The notes under the pieces were generated by a model. The model was not told the DNA's origin, did no database searches, and was given only the letters and a program-made list of their open reading frames with translations. The translations under genes and the position numbers were made by a program. DNA of 64,000 bases from contig NC_000964.3 of the NCBI RefSeq assembly GCF_000009045.1, positions 2,108,001-2,172,000 of the forward strand, in the 5' to 3' direction. Shown piece by piece: positions 32,898-46,265 of the stretch. This DNA comes from Bacillus subtilis subsp. subtilis str. 168. Its GTDB lineage: Bacteria; Bacillota; Bacilli; Bacillales; Bacillaceae. How positions within the stretch are numbered: the stretch's first letter is position 1; each line of letters opens with the position of its first letter.

Positions 32898-33725
32898 TTA
32901 CAGTTGCTTGCACCAAATATTCATGTTTTCAAGGCCTTCGGCTATAAAGCAATTATTGATCAGCCTTCCGCCATACTGATAACCTGAATGGTACAACACA
33001 GCATTCATCCCAAAAGACGAAGCACGGGCGAGAGAAAACACATGAACGATATCCTCTCCAGCCATTTCTTTTTCTAACGCCTCGATTAAAAAGCTTGTTA
33101 ACGAATGGCCGCGATATTCCGGCAGCACAGCGCAATCGGTTATTTCTGCATGCCCAAGCTCTGGATTGATTTCTGCGCTTGCTGCGCTGATCAGGCGGTC
33201 ATGATCAAGCATGATATAATACACCGTATTTGCATTCATCGTCTTTTCAATATAAGCGGGGTCAAATACCGGGGTTGGGTACGTGCGGAATACTTTTTTA
33301 TACAGCATCGATAGCTGGTACATGTCGTTTGTTTCTGCTTTTCTCATCGTAAAAACGGGTGTACTGTCGTTGCGAAGACGGGGCGCTGTGCGATATATGG
33401 CTTCGATGATCTCCTGTTCCTCTGTATAAGAATCTGTTTGTCTCCGGCTTTCTGAAAGGTAACGTACCATGACACAAGCCGAATGGCCGAGATAATAGCC
33501 CTTTAGATAGCCCTCCGGCGCAAATAATTGTTTGGCAAGGATCGGCTCATCATGCTGCTTCGCATAGACAATGATTTTTTCTGCATTCTCTTCTTTTGCC
33601 GCTGCCACGATATCCGGCAGGGCCTTCTCAATGGCTCCGTCATAACGAACCACTCTGATTCGTTTATTAAAGCCGTCATGGTCCAAAACTGCTGTGACAC
33701 CGCTACTCTTTATTGACTTGAGCAT
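32898..33725 (-). CDS. yodP: Beta-lysine N6-acetyltransferase (GNAT)
   Basis: [31 protein letters not shown] (AblB-like). Confidence 0.9.
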
Positions 33726-35013
33726 CCGCATCCTCCCCATCTGTATGAAGGCCGCACCAATCCATGACAAAAAGTGCAATAATTTTAGCAGATTCTATCA
33801 TGGCTTCAACCTCAATGTATTCATTGGCCTGATGAGCCGTTTTTGTTTCCCCCGGCCCGAAAACGATCACTGGTGTATCTCCTGCATGGTACAAAAGCCC
33901 TCCATCCGTTCCCCACGGGGAAGCCTCAATAATCGGCTCTGTCTGTTTCATTTTTTGATAGGCTGATTGCAGCACAGAAATTAAAGGGTGATCATCAGGT
34001 AAATCATTCGGCAGCCATTGAGCGCCAAACCATTCGACTTGTACGGGATGGCGTTTAAACCATTCGTCATGGTATTCTAAATCCTTCAGCCAGTTTTCCA
34101 ATTCAAGTTTTACAGCTTCTGGTTTCTCATGGGGAGCAATTCCGCATCTCCCTTCTATGACGACACGGTCTGCAACTGAAGATGGCCAGGCACCGCCTGA
34201 GATGGTGCCGATATTCACCGGTACCGGTATTGGGATATTGTCATACAGCGGATCTGAAATTCTCGCATTGCGGACTTTCTCCAGCTCTTGTATCGCTGTG
34301 ATAACGTGCATGCTTTTTTCAATCGCGCTTACCCCTTCATAGCGTGTGCCCCCATGTGCGGATAATCCCTTCACAGTGATCCGAAACCACATCGAACCCT
34401 GCTGCTTAATAAATAGTTTCATATTCGTCGGTTCAGGAATCAGCGCCCCGTCAGCACGATAGCCTCTCATGATGGCGGAAAGTGTACCGGCGCCGCCGCA
34501 CTCTTCATCTACAACACTCTGAAACAATACATCTCCCTTCAGTTTGACATCGCAGGCGTGCAGGGCTTCTAAAGCAAAAAGAAGGGCTGTATTGCCTCCC
34601 TTCATATCCGTTGAGCCGCGGCCGTATATTTTACCGTTTTCTTCGACAGCTTGATACGGTTCATACTTCCAATCCTTTACGCTTCCTTCAGGCACAACAT
34701 CGATATGGCCGTTCAAAATCAGGGACCTGCCTCCGCCGGCTCCCGTTTTTTTAGCCACGATATTCGGGCTCTCATGAAAATCGGATCGGTTAGATTTAAA
34801 GTAGGGATGCTGTTTTAATTGCTTTATGCTTGGCTCCCATACATCAATGTCCATATGAAATTGCCGCAGCTTTTCAAGCACAACAGCTTGGGCGTTAAAC
34901 TCTGACCCCAATGTGCTTTTTTCCCCAATCAGCCTTTTGAGAAGACGAATGGCTTTGGCCGAATGCTGATCAAGCCACTCGATTACTTTTCTTTCAATGT
35001 CTTGCATCCTCAT
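33703..35013 (-). CDS. yodQ: M20/ArgE-family deacetylase
   Basis: [27 protein letters not shown]. Confidence 0.92.
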
Positions 35014-35021
35014 TCCCCCTC

Positions 35022-35675
35022 TTAAGAAAAAGGCATATCTATTTTGATTTCAGCTTCTGTCAGCCTCGTCACCTCATCGATTGTCGAGCCATTCATCAGC
35101 TCTTTTAAAATGAAGTGATGGCTATCGACCTCAAGAACCGCTTTTTCGGTAATAATCAAATCTACACAGCCTGCAGCAGTTAATGGCAGCGTACATCTTT
35201 CTGTTAATTTAGGCCTTCCCTTTTGATCTGTATGACTCATGACGACAACCACTTTTTTCGCTTTTTGGGCAAGCTCCATCGCCCCGCCCATACCAGGCAC
35301 CTTTTTTCCCGGAACAAGCCAATTTGCCAAATCTCCTGATTGGCTCACCTGCAGGGCGCCTAAAATCGTAATGTCAATTTTGCCTTTTCTGATCATCGCA
35401 AAAGACATGGTTGTATCAAAATAAGAAGCCCCTTTTACAGCGCGGACAGGATATCCCGCGGCGTTGCATAAATGCGCATCCTCTTCTCCCTTTTCGGGAC
35501 TTTCTCCAATGCCAAGGACACCGTTTTCCGCTTGAAACATGACCTGCATGTCAGGCTTCAAAAAGTTCGGTACCAAGGAAGGGATACCGATACCGAGATT
35601 CACAATCATGCCCTGCTTAATTTCAGTAGCAGCGCGTTTTGCAATCTGTTCTCTTTCTGCTACTCCCAAGCCCAT
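35022..35675 (-). CDS. yodR: 3-oxoacid CoA-transferase beta subunit
   Basis: [20 protein letters not shown]. Confidence 0.92.
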
Positions 35676-36349
35676 TTCCACTTCACTCCCTCGCTTCGTA
35701 CAACCCCCTCAACAAAAACCCCCGGTGTGACAATCATTTCTTCAGAAATCTCCCCCATCGGAACGATACGCTCAGCTTCGGCAAAGGTTCTCCTGGCGGC
35801 CATTGCCATAAGCGGGTTCATATTGCGCGCGGTTTTGTCATACGTTAGATTGCCGAATTCATCTGCAATGTAAGCATTGATGAAAGCAAAATCAGCAGTC
35901 AGCGCCTCTTCAATCAAGTATCGTTTTCCCGCCACTGTTACGATGTCCTTTTTTTCGCAAACCATTTGATTATCAATGCCCACGTCGGTTAAAATACCGC
36001 CAAGCCCCGCTCCGCCGGCGCGAATCCGTTCCGCAAGCGTTCCCTGAGGTGAAAATTGAACCTCTAACGTCCCCTCTGTCATCTGTTTTCCGGCTACTGG
36101 ATTGGAACCGATATGCGAGGCGATCAGGGTTTTGACCCGTTGATTAACAATAAGCGGGCCGATTCCGATATCCGGGAAACCGGCGTCATTGCAAATCACA
36201 GTCAAATCCGTTACACCGCTGTCCAATATCGCTTCAATCAATGAAGGAGGCGACCCGACTCCCCCAAAACCGCCAAACATCAGAACCGATCCATCCCGAA
36301 CATCTGCAATTGCTGTGTCAATGCTGATTGCTTTTTGAAATGGCGCCAT
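35660..36349 (-). CDS. yodS: 3-oxoacid CoA-transferase alpha subunit
   Basis: FGGFGG, PQGTLAERIRAGG, RNMNP. Confidence 0.92.
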   Translation of the reverse strand: MAPFQKAISIDTAIADVRDGSVLMFGGFGGVGSPPSLIEAILDSGVTDLTVICNDAGFPDIGIGPLIVNQRVKTLIASHIGSNPVAGKQMTEGTLEVQFSPQGTLAERIRAGGAGLGGILTDVGIDNQMVCEKKDIVTVAGKRYLIEEALTADFAFINAYIADEFGNLTYDKTARNMNPLMAMAARRTFAEAERIVPMGEISEEMIVTPGVFVEGVVRSEGVKWKWAWE

Positions 36350-36355
36350 TTAATG

Positions 36356-37690
36356 TCAATCCTTTTTTAAGTTTTTTTCGACCGCTGCAACTGTTTCTGA
36401 AAAAATAGAGATAAGCTCTTCCATTTCACCGTCTGAAATAGTAAAAGGAGGAGCAATAATGACAGCATCTCCTTCTCCACTGTCTATTCCAGCTTTGGAA
36501 GGATAAACAATCAGCCCGCGTTTTTTCGCCTCGCTGACAATAAGCTGGGTTATCGCCTGCTCTGGCGGAAACACTTTCTTCGTTTTTTGGTCTGCCACAA
36601 ATTCAATGCCTAATAGCAGTCCTTTTCCGCGCACCTCACCTATAATGCCGCTTTGAGATGCCGCCTCATCAAGCTTCTTCTTCAGCACAGCGCCCTTTTT
36701 TTCTGATTGTTTGATCAAGCCGTGCTTTAACACATATCGCAAAACTTCAAGAGCAGCTTTGGCTGAATAGGGATGTGCACTATATGTGTGACCGCTCATA
36801 ATCACACCTGACCCTTGTTTTATGGTTTCAATAATAGAATCAGATACGACGGCAGCAGCAATAGGTGCATACCCCGCACCGAGTCCCTTCCCCAGTACAG
36901 CAATATCAGGTACGGTATCCCAATGCTCTGTCGCGAGCATCCTTCCTGTTCTCCCAAGCCCCGTCATCACTTCATCTGCAATAAAAAGCACATCGTGTGT
37001 GCGGCATACCTCACTTAATCTCTCATAATATCCCGGAGGCGGAGTAATCGCTGCTCCTGCAGCACCAATAATAGGCTCAGCCACAAAGCCGGCGATGAAT
37101 TGGCTTCCGATTCTTTTAATCATGGTGTCCAGTTCATCAGCTGCAGTCTGAACAAAGTCTTCTTCCGTCTCGTGATTCAGCCGATAAATATGTGGAGCTG
37201 AGATAGCTGGATACCGCTCAATGAGATGGGTGAACCGGTATCTCCTTTCATAAAAACCAGACAATGAAAGCGCTCCCAAAGTTATTCCGTGGTAACTGCT
37301 CCATCGAGACAAAAAGATGGATTTTTGTGTTTGCTTTTTTTCCTGCCAATACTGAATGGCGATTTTCATAGCTGTTTCTATCGCTTCTGATCCGCTGTTG
37401 ACAAAAAAAGACCAATTCACATCTCCGGGCAGCTCCTGTGCCAAGAGAGCGGCTAATTGCTCGGCGGGCTCACTCGTAAACTGTGAGCGGTAAGCAAAAG
37501 ACACCTGATCAAGCTGTTCTTTCAGCTTCTCAGTCACATCACGAACTCCGTGGCCGATATTACATGTCACCGCACCTGACGAGCCGTCGAGATATTTTTT
37601 TCCGGTCTGATCATAAACATATGAACCCTTCGCATAACTGACAACCGGATAGGCCGAGCTAAGCTCTGGCTTAATCAAATAACTGCTCAT
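36356..37690 (-). CDS. yodT: Class III PLP aminotransferase
   Basis: SGSEA, SYHG, FIADEVMTGLGRTG, LGKG. Confidence 0.93.
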   Translation of the reverse strand: MSSYLIKPELSSAYPVVSYAKGSYVYDQTGKKYLDGSSGAVTCNIGHGVRDVTEKLKEQLDQVSFAYRSQFTSEPAEQLAALLAQELPGDVNWSFFVNSGSEAIETAMKIAIQYWQEKKQTQKSIFLSRWSSYHGITLGALSLSGFYERRYRFTHLIERYPAISAPHIYRLNHETEEDFVQTAADELDTMIKRIGSQFIAGFVAEPIIGAAGAAITPPPGYYERLSEVCRTHDVLFIADEVMTGLGRTGRMLATEHWDTVPDIAVLGKGLGAGYAPIAAAVVSDSIIETIKQGSGVIMSGHTYSAHPYSAKAALEVLRYVLKHGLIKQSEKKGAVLKKKLDEAASQSGIIGEVRGKGLLLGIEFVADQKTKKVFPPEQAITQLIVSEAKKRGLIVYPSKAGIDSGEGDAVIIAPPFTISDGEMEELISIFSETVAAVEKNLKKD

Positions 37691-37819
37691 GCTCCCACCT
37701 CAAAACCCCTTTTACCATATTGTATGAGTGTCCAAATGGCGGCATGACGTTCCCCGCAAAAACTTTTTCACATAAAAAGAGCCTTCCTAATAAGGAAGGC
37801 TCTTTTGAAATTTCAGCAT

Positions 37820-37933
37820 CTAGCAAATAAAAGCGGCTCCAACAATAATTAATAAAATGAACAAGACAACAATTAACACAAATGTATTTGTCCCGCAGCC
37901 AAATCCGTAACCGTACCCAGAGTATCCATACAT
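37820..37933 (-). CDS. yoyG: YjcZ/SscA-family 37-aa spore membrane microprotein
   Basis: MYGYSGYGYGFGCGTNTFVLIVVLFILLIIVGAAFIC; ATG 37933 behind AAAGGA; terminator at about 37773-37806. Confidence 0.85.
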   Translation of the reverse strand: MYGYSGYGYGFGCGTNTFVLIVVLFILLIIVGAAFIC

Positions 37934-38012
37934 GCTGTTTTCATCCTTTCTTATCACGATATACGACATTTTATGCGGGCCAAGTCCCAAATGGTTTGTG
38001 CAAACGCCTATT

Positions 38013-38792
38013 TCATGTAAGGAAATAATGAAATACAGTATGCACCCGCTCATATTTTTTAAACGTCAGCTTTTCGTAAAACTGAGTTGCACCGTCAGTG
38101 CTTGCAGCCACTAAGTAGGCTGCTTCCATTCCTAGTGATTTGGCGATGGACAGCATTTCTTTCACTAAGATACTGCCGTAGCCCTTCCTTTGAAACTGAT
38201 CTAAAATTGCCACTTCTTCGATTTTAGCCGTTTTCTCTTGATGATCGATAAACAGCTCGCCGCACCCAATGGGAACTTTCTGTGCCTGGTCGCTGTAACA
38301 AACAACAAGAATGATTATATCTGCTTCATAGAAAGGATATTTTCTTTTTAATTTTTGTTCAGCGATTGCTTCTCCAATATAAATGGAATCGTAAATTTTC
38401 ATAATAGAAGATCCGTCGCTAAGACTTTTTGCCGTCCCCCATGCGGTTAAAGGATGTCCCATCTGCCCCTTCCAGTCACTAAGCTTCATGTCATATAGTA
38501 GCTCATCCTCGACGACAAAACCGCTTTTTACAAGTGACTGCTTCAAACCGAGCGGAAAAACATGCTGCGGCGACGCTTTTAAATGGAGATAATTCGCATC
38601 AAGCAGCTTTGGTACGGAGGGTAAAAAGTTAAGTAACCGCTCCAATGGAAACGTATCATGGAGCTGAACAAAGTTATGAGAAAAAATTTGCGGAAGCTGC
38701 GGATCTCTGTATACGCTGTAATGATCAAACGATGCCGATTCAGACGTTAACAATATATATTGATGTTCCGTTTTTGAATAATGTCCTGTCAT
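38013..38792 (-). CDS. cgeE: Spore crust maturation GNAT acetyltransferase
   Basis: C-terminal FQRKGYG acetyl-CoA motif; ATG 38792. Confidence 0.9.
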   Translation of the reverse strand: MTGHYSKTEHQYILLTSESASFDHYSVYRDPQLPQIFSHNFVQLHDTFPLERLLNFLPSVPKLLDANYLHLKASPQHVFPLGLKQSLVKSGFVVEDELLYDMKLSDWKGQMGHPLTAWGTAKSLSDGSSIMKIYDSIYIGEAIAEQKLKRKYPFYEADIIILVVCYSDQAQKVPIGCGELFIDHQEKTAKIEEVAILDQFQRKGYGSILVKEMLSIAKSLGMEAAYLVAASTDGATQFYEKLTFKKYERVHTVFHYFLT

Positions 38793-38820
38793 GAACGTCT
38801 CCTTTTTATGACCTATACCT

Positions 38821-40101
38821 TTACTCTGTTGCAATATTCAATTTCTTTATAATCTCATCGTACACCGGATAAAACGGCTTTCCAATTGGAAATTGCTGAA
38901 TATTTCGGAAAGAAGCGGAGATTGGCTTCTGATGTAAAAAAAACTTCCTTGTTACTTGTTCACTAATCGGGTGAAAGACGCCGTTTAGAAACAAAAACGG
39001 CTCGCGTTCGATGAAAAACAGACGTCGGCCAGGCGGATTTTTGATCAATTCAGATCGTTTCCACGTAATCGGCGGCCCTTCCGGAAGCGTCTCCATCTCT
39101 TCTTTTCCAATTGTCACTATGTCTTTTCTTTGAAATTGATAAAATTGAAACGCATACTGGTCCACAATTCGCCTTTTTTTTCCGGCTTCGATATAAAATA
39201 TTGCAGGATGGTCAGCTTCCTTTACTAAAATATAATTCGGAATGTTTAAAATTTTGCCAATCCTATATTGGAATAAATATGGGTCTGGAACAGCGACAGT
39301 CCGATTTAGATACAAAAAACCCCACTTTTCTCCAACAGGATGCCTTACACCCTGATCAAAAAAATACACATTTTGATCTGAACCTTTTACAAAAGAGCCG
39401 TCAATCAAATCGGCGGGCAGAAACCGATATGCATTTTGAAATGAATCTGGGGTTTTATAGGTTGTGTCTAATACTTCATTTATCGGCAGAAATGGGGTAA
39501 AGTTGTTGAGTCTCGCCCAAAAAATTGCGTCGCCATGATTCCAATGCTTCATATCATCATCCCAGTAGCCTCCAAATTTATGGTGAATGAGATTAAGTAA
39601 CGAACGGCGATGCATAACTGAGCAATGATCAACTTGAAAAGCGGCCTGATCAAGCACTGCATTGGCATTTCTGTAGAAATGTGAGATTTCCTCTCCCCTT
39701 TCGTTTACATGTACAACTTTTTGTTTTGAATAGACCGCCTGCGCTTCAGGCTTATGTGAAAACTCTTGCACCATACGGCTCAGCCGCTCAGGATGATAAA
39801 CAGTGTCGTCAGTAAGATAGGAAATGTAATCGCCGTCTGCAAATGGGAGCGCACTGTTAATTAATGTGGCATAACGGGCTGTTTTTAATCGATCTGCAGG
39901 ATGCACGAAACTGTTATGATATTGAATGCGCCGGTCATGGAGATACTTGTGAATCACCGCAGTTGTTTCTGCATTCGAATGATCATCCATGATAAAAAGC
40001 TCCCAAAGATCATGCGTTTGCTGTATCACGCTTTCGATCGCTTTTTGCAAATAATCGGGTTTGTTGTAACTTGTTAAAATAATAGACACTTTCTCTCCCA
40101 T
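38821..40101 (-). CDS. cgeD: GT2 glycosyltransferase (SpsA-like) for spore crust
   Basis: VSIILTSYN, IMDDHS, YLTDD, VDHCSVMHR. Confidence 0.92.
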   Translation of the reverse strand: MGEKVSIILTSYNKPDYLQKAIESVIQQTHDLWELFIMDDHSNAETTAVIHKYLHDRRIQYHNSFVHPADRLKTARYATLINSALPFADGDYISYLTDDTVYHPERLSRMVQEFSHKPEAQAVYSKQKVVHVNERGEEISHFYRNANAVLDQAAFQVDHCSVMHRRSLLNLIHHKFGGYWDDDMKHWNHGDAIFWARLNNFTPFLPINEVLDTTYKTPDSFQNAYRFLPADLIDGSFVKGSDQNVYFFDQGVRHPVGEKWGFLYLNRTVAVPDPYLFQYRIGKILNIPNYILVKEADHPAIFYIEAGKKRRIVDQYAFQFYQFQRKDIVTIGKEEMETLPEGPPITWKRSELIKNPPGRRLFFIEREPFLFLNGVFHPISEQVTRKFFLHQKPISASFRNIQQFPIGKPFYPVYDEIIKKLNIATE

Positions 40102-40165
40102 CTATACCGCCTCCCGCCGTCAAACATAAAAACGGCTCCGCAGCAAGCAGAGCCTCTGTCATCAT

Positions 40166-40471
40166 TTAAAAAGCACCCCAGCTTACAACACTTGAGAGTG
40201 AAACATGAGATCTCGTGTTATTTAACGGGTTTTGGAAAATAACCAAATCAGTCAGAACTTCTTTTACGATGACATTTTGAAGTGTATCTCCGTTGATCAA
40301 ATTGACTTTTGAAACCGGTACGCCCAGCTCTTTTGCAAAAACAAGCTGGCGTCTGAGGTCAGATGGATTTCCTTCAGAAGACGATTGACGTATCAGCAGA
40401 ATCAGCAAAAGCAAAATAAAATGCAGATCATCTTGGTTTTCTTCTCGATCCACTTGTTTCTCTAAATCCAA
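40166..40471 (-). CDS. cgeC: Spore maturation protein
   Basis: TTG 40471 behind GGGAGAGG (ORF track extends to 40546). Confidence 0.8.
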   Translation of the reverse strand: MDLEKQVDREENQDDLHFILLLLILLIRQSSSEGNPSDLRRQLVFAKELGVPVSKVNLINGDTLQNVIVKEVLTDLVIFQNPLNNTRSHVSLSSVVSWGAF

Positions 40472-40663
40472 ATCATCCCTCTCCCTTATCCTTATCTCTG
40501 TTTCACAATATGTGCGACTTCGATTTATGGTATAGGCTATGTCCACTCCATTAAAAAATCAGCATTTTCCTTAAATAGATGAAAAATAGATCAGGTACGG
40601 CGTTCGACTCATACCAAATAACAGCCGGAAGAATATGAATAACGTGAGTTCACTATCGAATAG

Positions 40664-41077
<414 letters not shown>

Positions 41078-41083
41078 CATCCG

Positions 41084-42037
41084 ATGAAAGTCTTGTATAT
41101 CCAGTCGGGATACGGAGGAATATACAGTTATTTTGATCGCTGGGCTGAAGAATGTTTTCAGAACACTCATACAGAGTATATGATTGCAGATAAACCTGAA
41201 GCAGAATCTTTGATGAAGATCGAAGCGTTTCAGCCGGATTTCACACTTATGATGGTTGGAGACCGCGTTCCTCACGACTGGCTGACCTGGTTAAAGGGTA
41301 AGGATATCCCCGTGTATGTTTGGCTGACCGAAGACCCATTTTATATGGATATCAGCCTTCAGGTAATTAAGCTTGCTGACGCCATATTAACGATAGAACA
41401 AAATGCAGCTCTCTACTATCAAGAGCTCGGCTACCAGAACGTCTATTATGTTCCGATACCAGTTAACCATCGGCTGTTTAAAAAAATGGGCACCGAACAT
41501 TCCTATCATTCAAATCTGTTAATCATCGGCTATCCTTACCCTAATCGGGTTCAGCTTATGAAAGAAGCGGTCCATCTGCCATTCACGGTTCGGGTAATCG
41601 GCAAGGAATGGGGAAAATATCTGCCTAAAAAAGTGCTCAAACAGCCGCATATTGATGTCGTCAGCACATGGGTTCCACCCGAACAGGCCGTTCATTATTA
41701 TAATGGGGCAGACATCGTAATTAATGCGCATCGTCCCTATCATTTTGCTTTCAACCAAAATACTATGCGCATCAAAAATGCCAGTTTTAATAACCGAACG
41801 TTTGATATCGCTGCATGCGAAGCATTTCAATTAACAGATTTACCCGCGGCGCATCCTTTTTCATCCATTATTTCTTATCACGGCATGAACGACTTTAAGG
41901 AAAAAGCCGCTTTCTATATCAACCACCCTGAAGAACGGCAAAAAGCTGCAGCAGCCAATTATAAAGAGACCGTACCCGCATTTACGTTTGATGAGCTTCC
42001 TGCAAAACTAAAAGCGATTCATCTGGCGCTTTCTTGA
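41084..42037 (+). CDS. cgeB: CgeB-family glycosyltransferase-like protein
   Basis: WLTEDP, NNRTFDIAACEAFQLT. Confidence 0.92.
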   Translation: MKVLYIQSGYGGIYSYFDRWAEECFQNTHTEYMIADKPEAESLMKIEAFQPDFTLMMVGDRVPHDWLTWLKGKDIPVYVWLTEDPFYMDISLQVIKLADAILTIEQNAALYYQELGYQNVYYVPIPVNHRLFKKMGTEHSYHSNLLIIGYPYPNRVQLMKEAVHLPFTVRVIGKEWGKYLPKKVLKQPHIDVVSTWVPPEQAVHYYNGADIVINAHRPYHFAFNQNTMRIKNASFNNRTFDIAACEAFQLTDLPAAHPFSSIISYHGMNDFKEKAAFYINHPEERQKAAAANYKETVPAFTFDELPAKLKAIHLALS

Positions 42038-42068
42038 AAAATCGTTCATTGCTATGAACGATTTTTTT
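42037..42068. terminator. Bidirectional terminator cgeB/phy
   Basis: AAAAATCGTTCAT-loop-ATGAACGATTTTTT. Confidence 0.85.
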
Positions 42069-42107
42069 ATTCATAGAAAAAAGCAGCTGCACAAGCTGCT
42101 TTCTATT

Positions 42108-43337
<1,230 letters not shown>

Positions 43338-43625
43338 TTATAGGGTTTCTGACTCATAAACAACTTATTCCCCAAAGAGGTGGTGAGATGACTTTGCCAG
43401 ATTTACTTTTGCGGAGCGAAATAAAAATATGTTGAATATTTAGTACATTATTTATTTAGTTTTGTTTTTCCCTAGTTACGTCCGTTTTTCCATTTTCTAT
43501 TAAAAAAGAACACTTTGTGACATGATCATTCCCCTAAATTTTGTTTTATTGGTTGCTTTCATTAATTCGATTACAAAGTTGAACATATGATGCATGGTAG
43601 AGAAACGAGAGTTGGAGGATAAGCC

Positions 43626-44051
43626 ATGCCTAAACAGCAAACAGCAGAACTAAAACCATTTTTCCATAACAAAACAGTTTTAGTCACTGGCGGAACGGGT
43701 TCAATCGGGAGTCAAATTGTCAAACGCCTTTTGATGCTTACACCTAAACAGGTGATTGTATTCAGCAAAGACGACAGTAAACAGTATGTCATGAGCCAAA
43801 AGTATGCGGAGGATAAGCGGCTATTATTTGTACTTGGAGATGTACGCGATCACAGAAGGGTGAATCAGGTGATGAAAGGCGTCGATATCGTCTTTCACGC
43901 GGCTGCGCTGAAACAGGTTCCGACATGTGAGGACCATCCATTTGAAGCGATCCAGACCAATCTCATCGGCGGACAAAATGTGGTGGAAGCTGCCCTTTCA
44001 CACCGAGTGCAGCATGTCATTAATATCAGTACAGATAAAGCTGTATATTAA
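43626..44051 (+). pseudogene. yodU: 5' half of spsM (sugar-nucleotide dehydratase/epimerase), interrupted by the prophage
   Basis: TGGTGSIG Rossmann motif, FHAAALKQVP, then ISTDKAV, ending exactly at the att core followed by a stop. Confidence 0.93.
44031..44046. other. SPbeta attachment junction core ACAGATAAAGCTGTAT
   Basis: Inverted arms ACAG/CTGT; lies in the TDKAV codons of spsM; AT-rich phage DNA begins immediately after. Confidence 0.88.
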
Positions 44052-44085
44052 GATACTTACTACATATCTAACGAAAAAAAGAAGC

Positions 44086-44852
<767 letters not shown>

Positions 44853-44926
44853 TCAATCACTCTCCTAATCTATATTGAAGGTAAATTATGTATGTGCTAA
44901 AATCGTTGCTGAAAGAGGTGTGCATA

Positions 44927-45169
44927 GTGAAAAAACAATGGAAACCAGTTGATTCAAGACTCAATGAGCTCATGCATGAATATAGCGTTTCAATTGAAGA
45001 TCTTGTTGAATGTACTGGATTATCAAAACAACGTATTAATGATTATGTAGGTGGTTTTAAATCAAATATGAATATTGGAACAGCAATGACATTTGCTGAT
45101 GCCATAGGTTGCTCTATAGAAGAGCTTTATGTATGGAACTTTAAAGAGCGCAGACAATTAACCAAATAA
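44927..45169 (+). CDS. yotL: XRE/Cro-type HTH regulator
   Basis: SIEDLVECTGLSKQRINDY helix-turn-helix; GTG 44927 behind AAAGAGGTG. Confidence 0.85.
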   Translation: MKKQWKPVDSRLNELMHEYSVSIEDLVECTGLSKQRINDYVGGFKSNMNIGTAMTFADAIGCSIEELYVWNFKERRQLTK

Positions 45170-45170
45170 C

Positions 45171-45356
45171 TTATAATATGGTTCCCTTTTTGACCCACCT
45201 TATTTCCTGCATTAATTCCTCATTATTGTCAGCCAAGTTAATTAAGTTACGATGTGCTCTTTGCAAATCTTTTTCTTCAATGGCCTCCTTCACTGTCTTC
45301 ATTTGTCTATCCATCTTGTTTAACAGTGTTTGAATTGAATGATAAGCCTCGTTAAT
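45171..45356 (-). CDS. yotK: 61-aa coiled-coil phage protein, ATT start
   Basis: Hand-translated INEAYHSIQTLLNKMDRQ...KKGTIL behind AAAGAGG. Confidence 0.7.
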   Translation of the reverse strand: MNEAYHSIQTLLNKMDRQMKTVKEAIEEKDLQRAHRNLINLADNNEELMQEIRWVKKGTIL

Positions 45357-45439
45357 TTTTCTCGCCTCTTTCCCATATGTGCAATATTTAGTTCATTACT
45401 TTTTGCATATTAAACTGTTGTTTGCAATACCCTACTCTT

Positions 45440-45652
45440 TTAAAAAGAGAAACTAGAGACTTTTTTATTCTTTTTAAGCTGCATTATTAAGCATTTATAT
45501 TCGTTGTAATCCTCTTCACTATCAAATGCGAACATTGGATATTGTGAATACTCTTTTTGAAAATACTCAATTCGCCCCCCTACCTGGTGTAGTATTGAAT
45601 ACTTTGACATATCCTCTTCATATGGAATTGTAATAACATTTCGATTACACAT
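45440..45652 (-). CDS. yotJ: Phage hypothetical protein
   Basis: 70 aa ORF, GGAGGT RBS. Confidence 0.8.
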   Translation of the reverse strand: MCNRNVITIPYEEDMSKYSILHQVGGRIEYFQKEYSQYPMFAFDSEEDYNEYKCLIMQLKKNKKVSSFSF

Positions 45653-45717
45653 AATACCTCCACTAATTTTATTTTTATTCTAAATAAAAGACCGATTTTA
45701 TCCTGTTCCTATTTACA

Positions 45718-46080
45718 TTAATCTAGATAAACAACTTCTTTTACAATTGGAAATGGACTACTGATTCTCTCACTTAAATGCAAAACTATTTCAGTTACGT
45801 CTTTTGATGTTGCCACGTGGACTGCCTTTGTAATTTTAAAATTGAATTCATTTTCAATTAAGAGACGTTTACCTTCGGAAAATATATCTATTGAACTAAC
45901 CGCAAAATCACACTTTCCATTTATTCGATACGGATTAAAGCATTTCACAAAATAACATTTATTTAATTCCTTACTGTCTGATAAAACAATGTCAAATTCC
46001 ACATCCCAAACAAACGTGTTAATCTTAGAATGATAAACTAAATCATGGGTAGCTCCTGTATCTTTAAAAATTTCAATCAT
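45718..46080 (-). CDS. yotI: Phage hypothetical protein
   Basis: 120 aa from ATG 46080 behind GGGGAGG; coupled to yotH. Confidence 0.8.
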
Positions 46081-46250
46081 TGAAATAATCCTCCCCAAAT
46101 CACTCCTGCTGCAATAGCAGCTATAAAGACAGAAACAAATTTCATTAAAATGAAAAACTTAATATGCTTTGTTTCGTTCTCAGTTAAGTCAAAATCTGAT
46201 AAAGCGAATAAACCAAACACAATTAACAATATCCAGGCTGTAACAATCAG
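46077..46250 (-). CDS. yotH: Small 2-TM phage membrane protein (probable CTG start)
   Basis: Hydrophobic ORF; GGAGG is positioned for CTG 46250. Confidence 0.65.
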
Positions 46251-46265
46251 GTATCTTTCCTCCAA

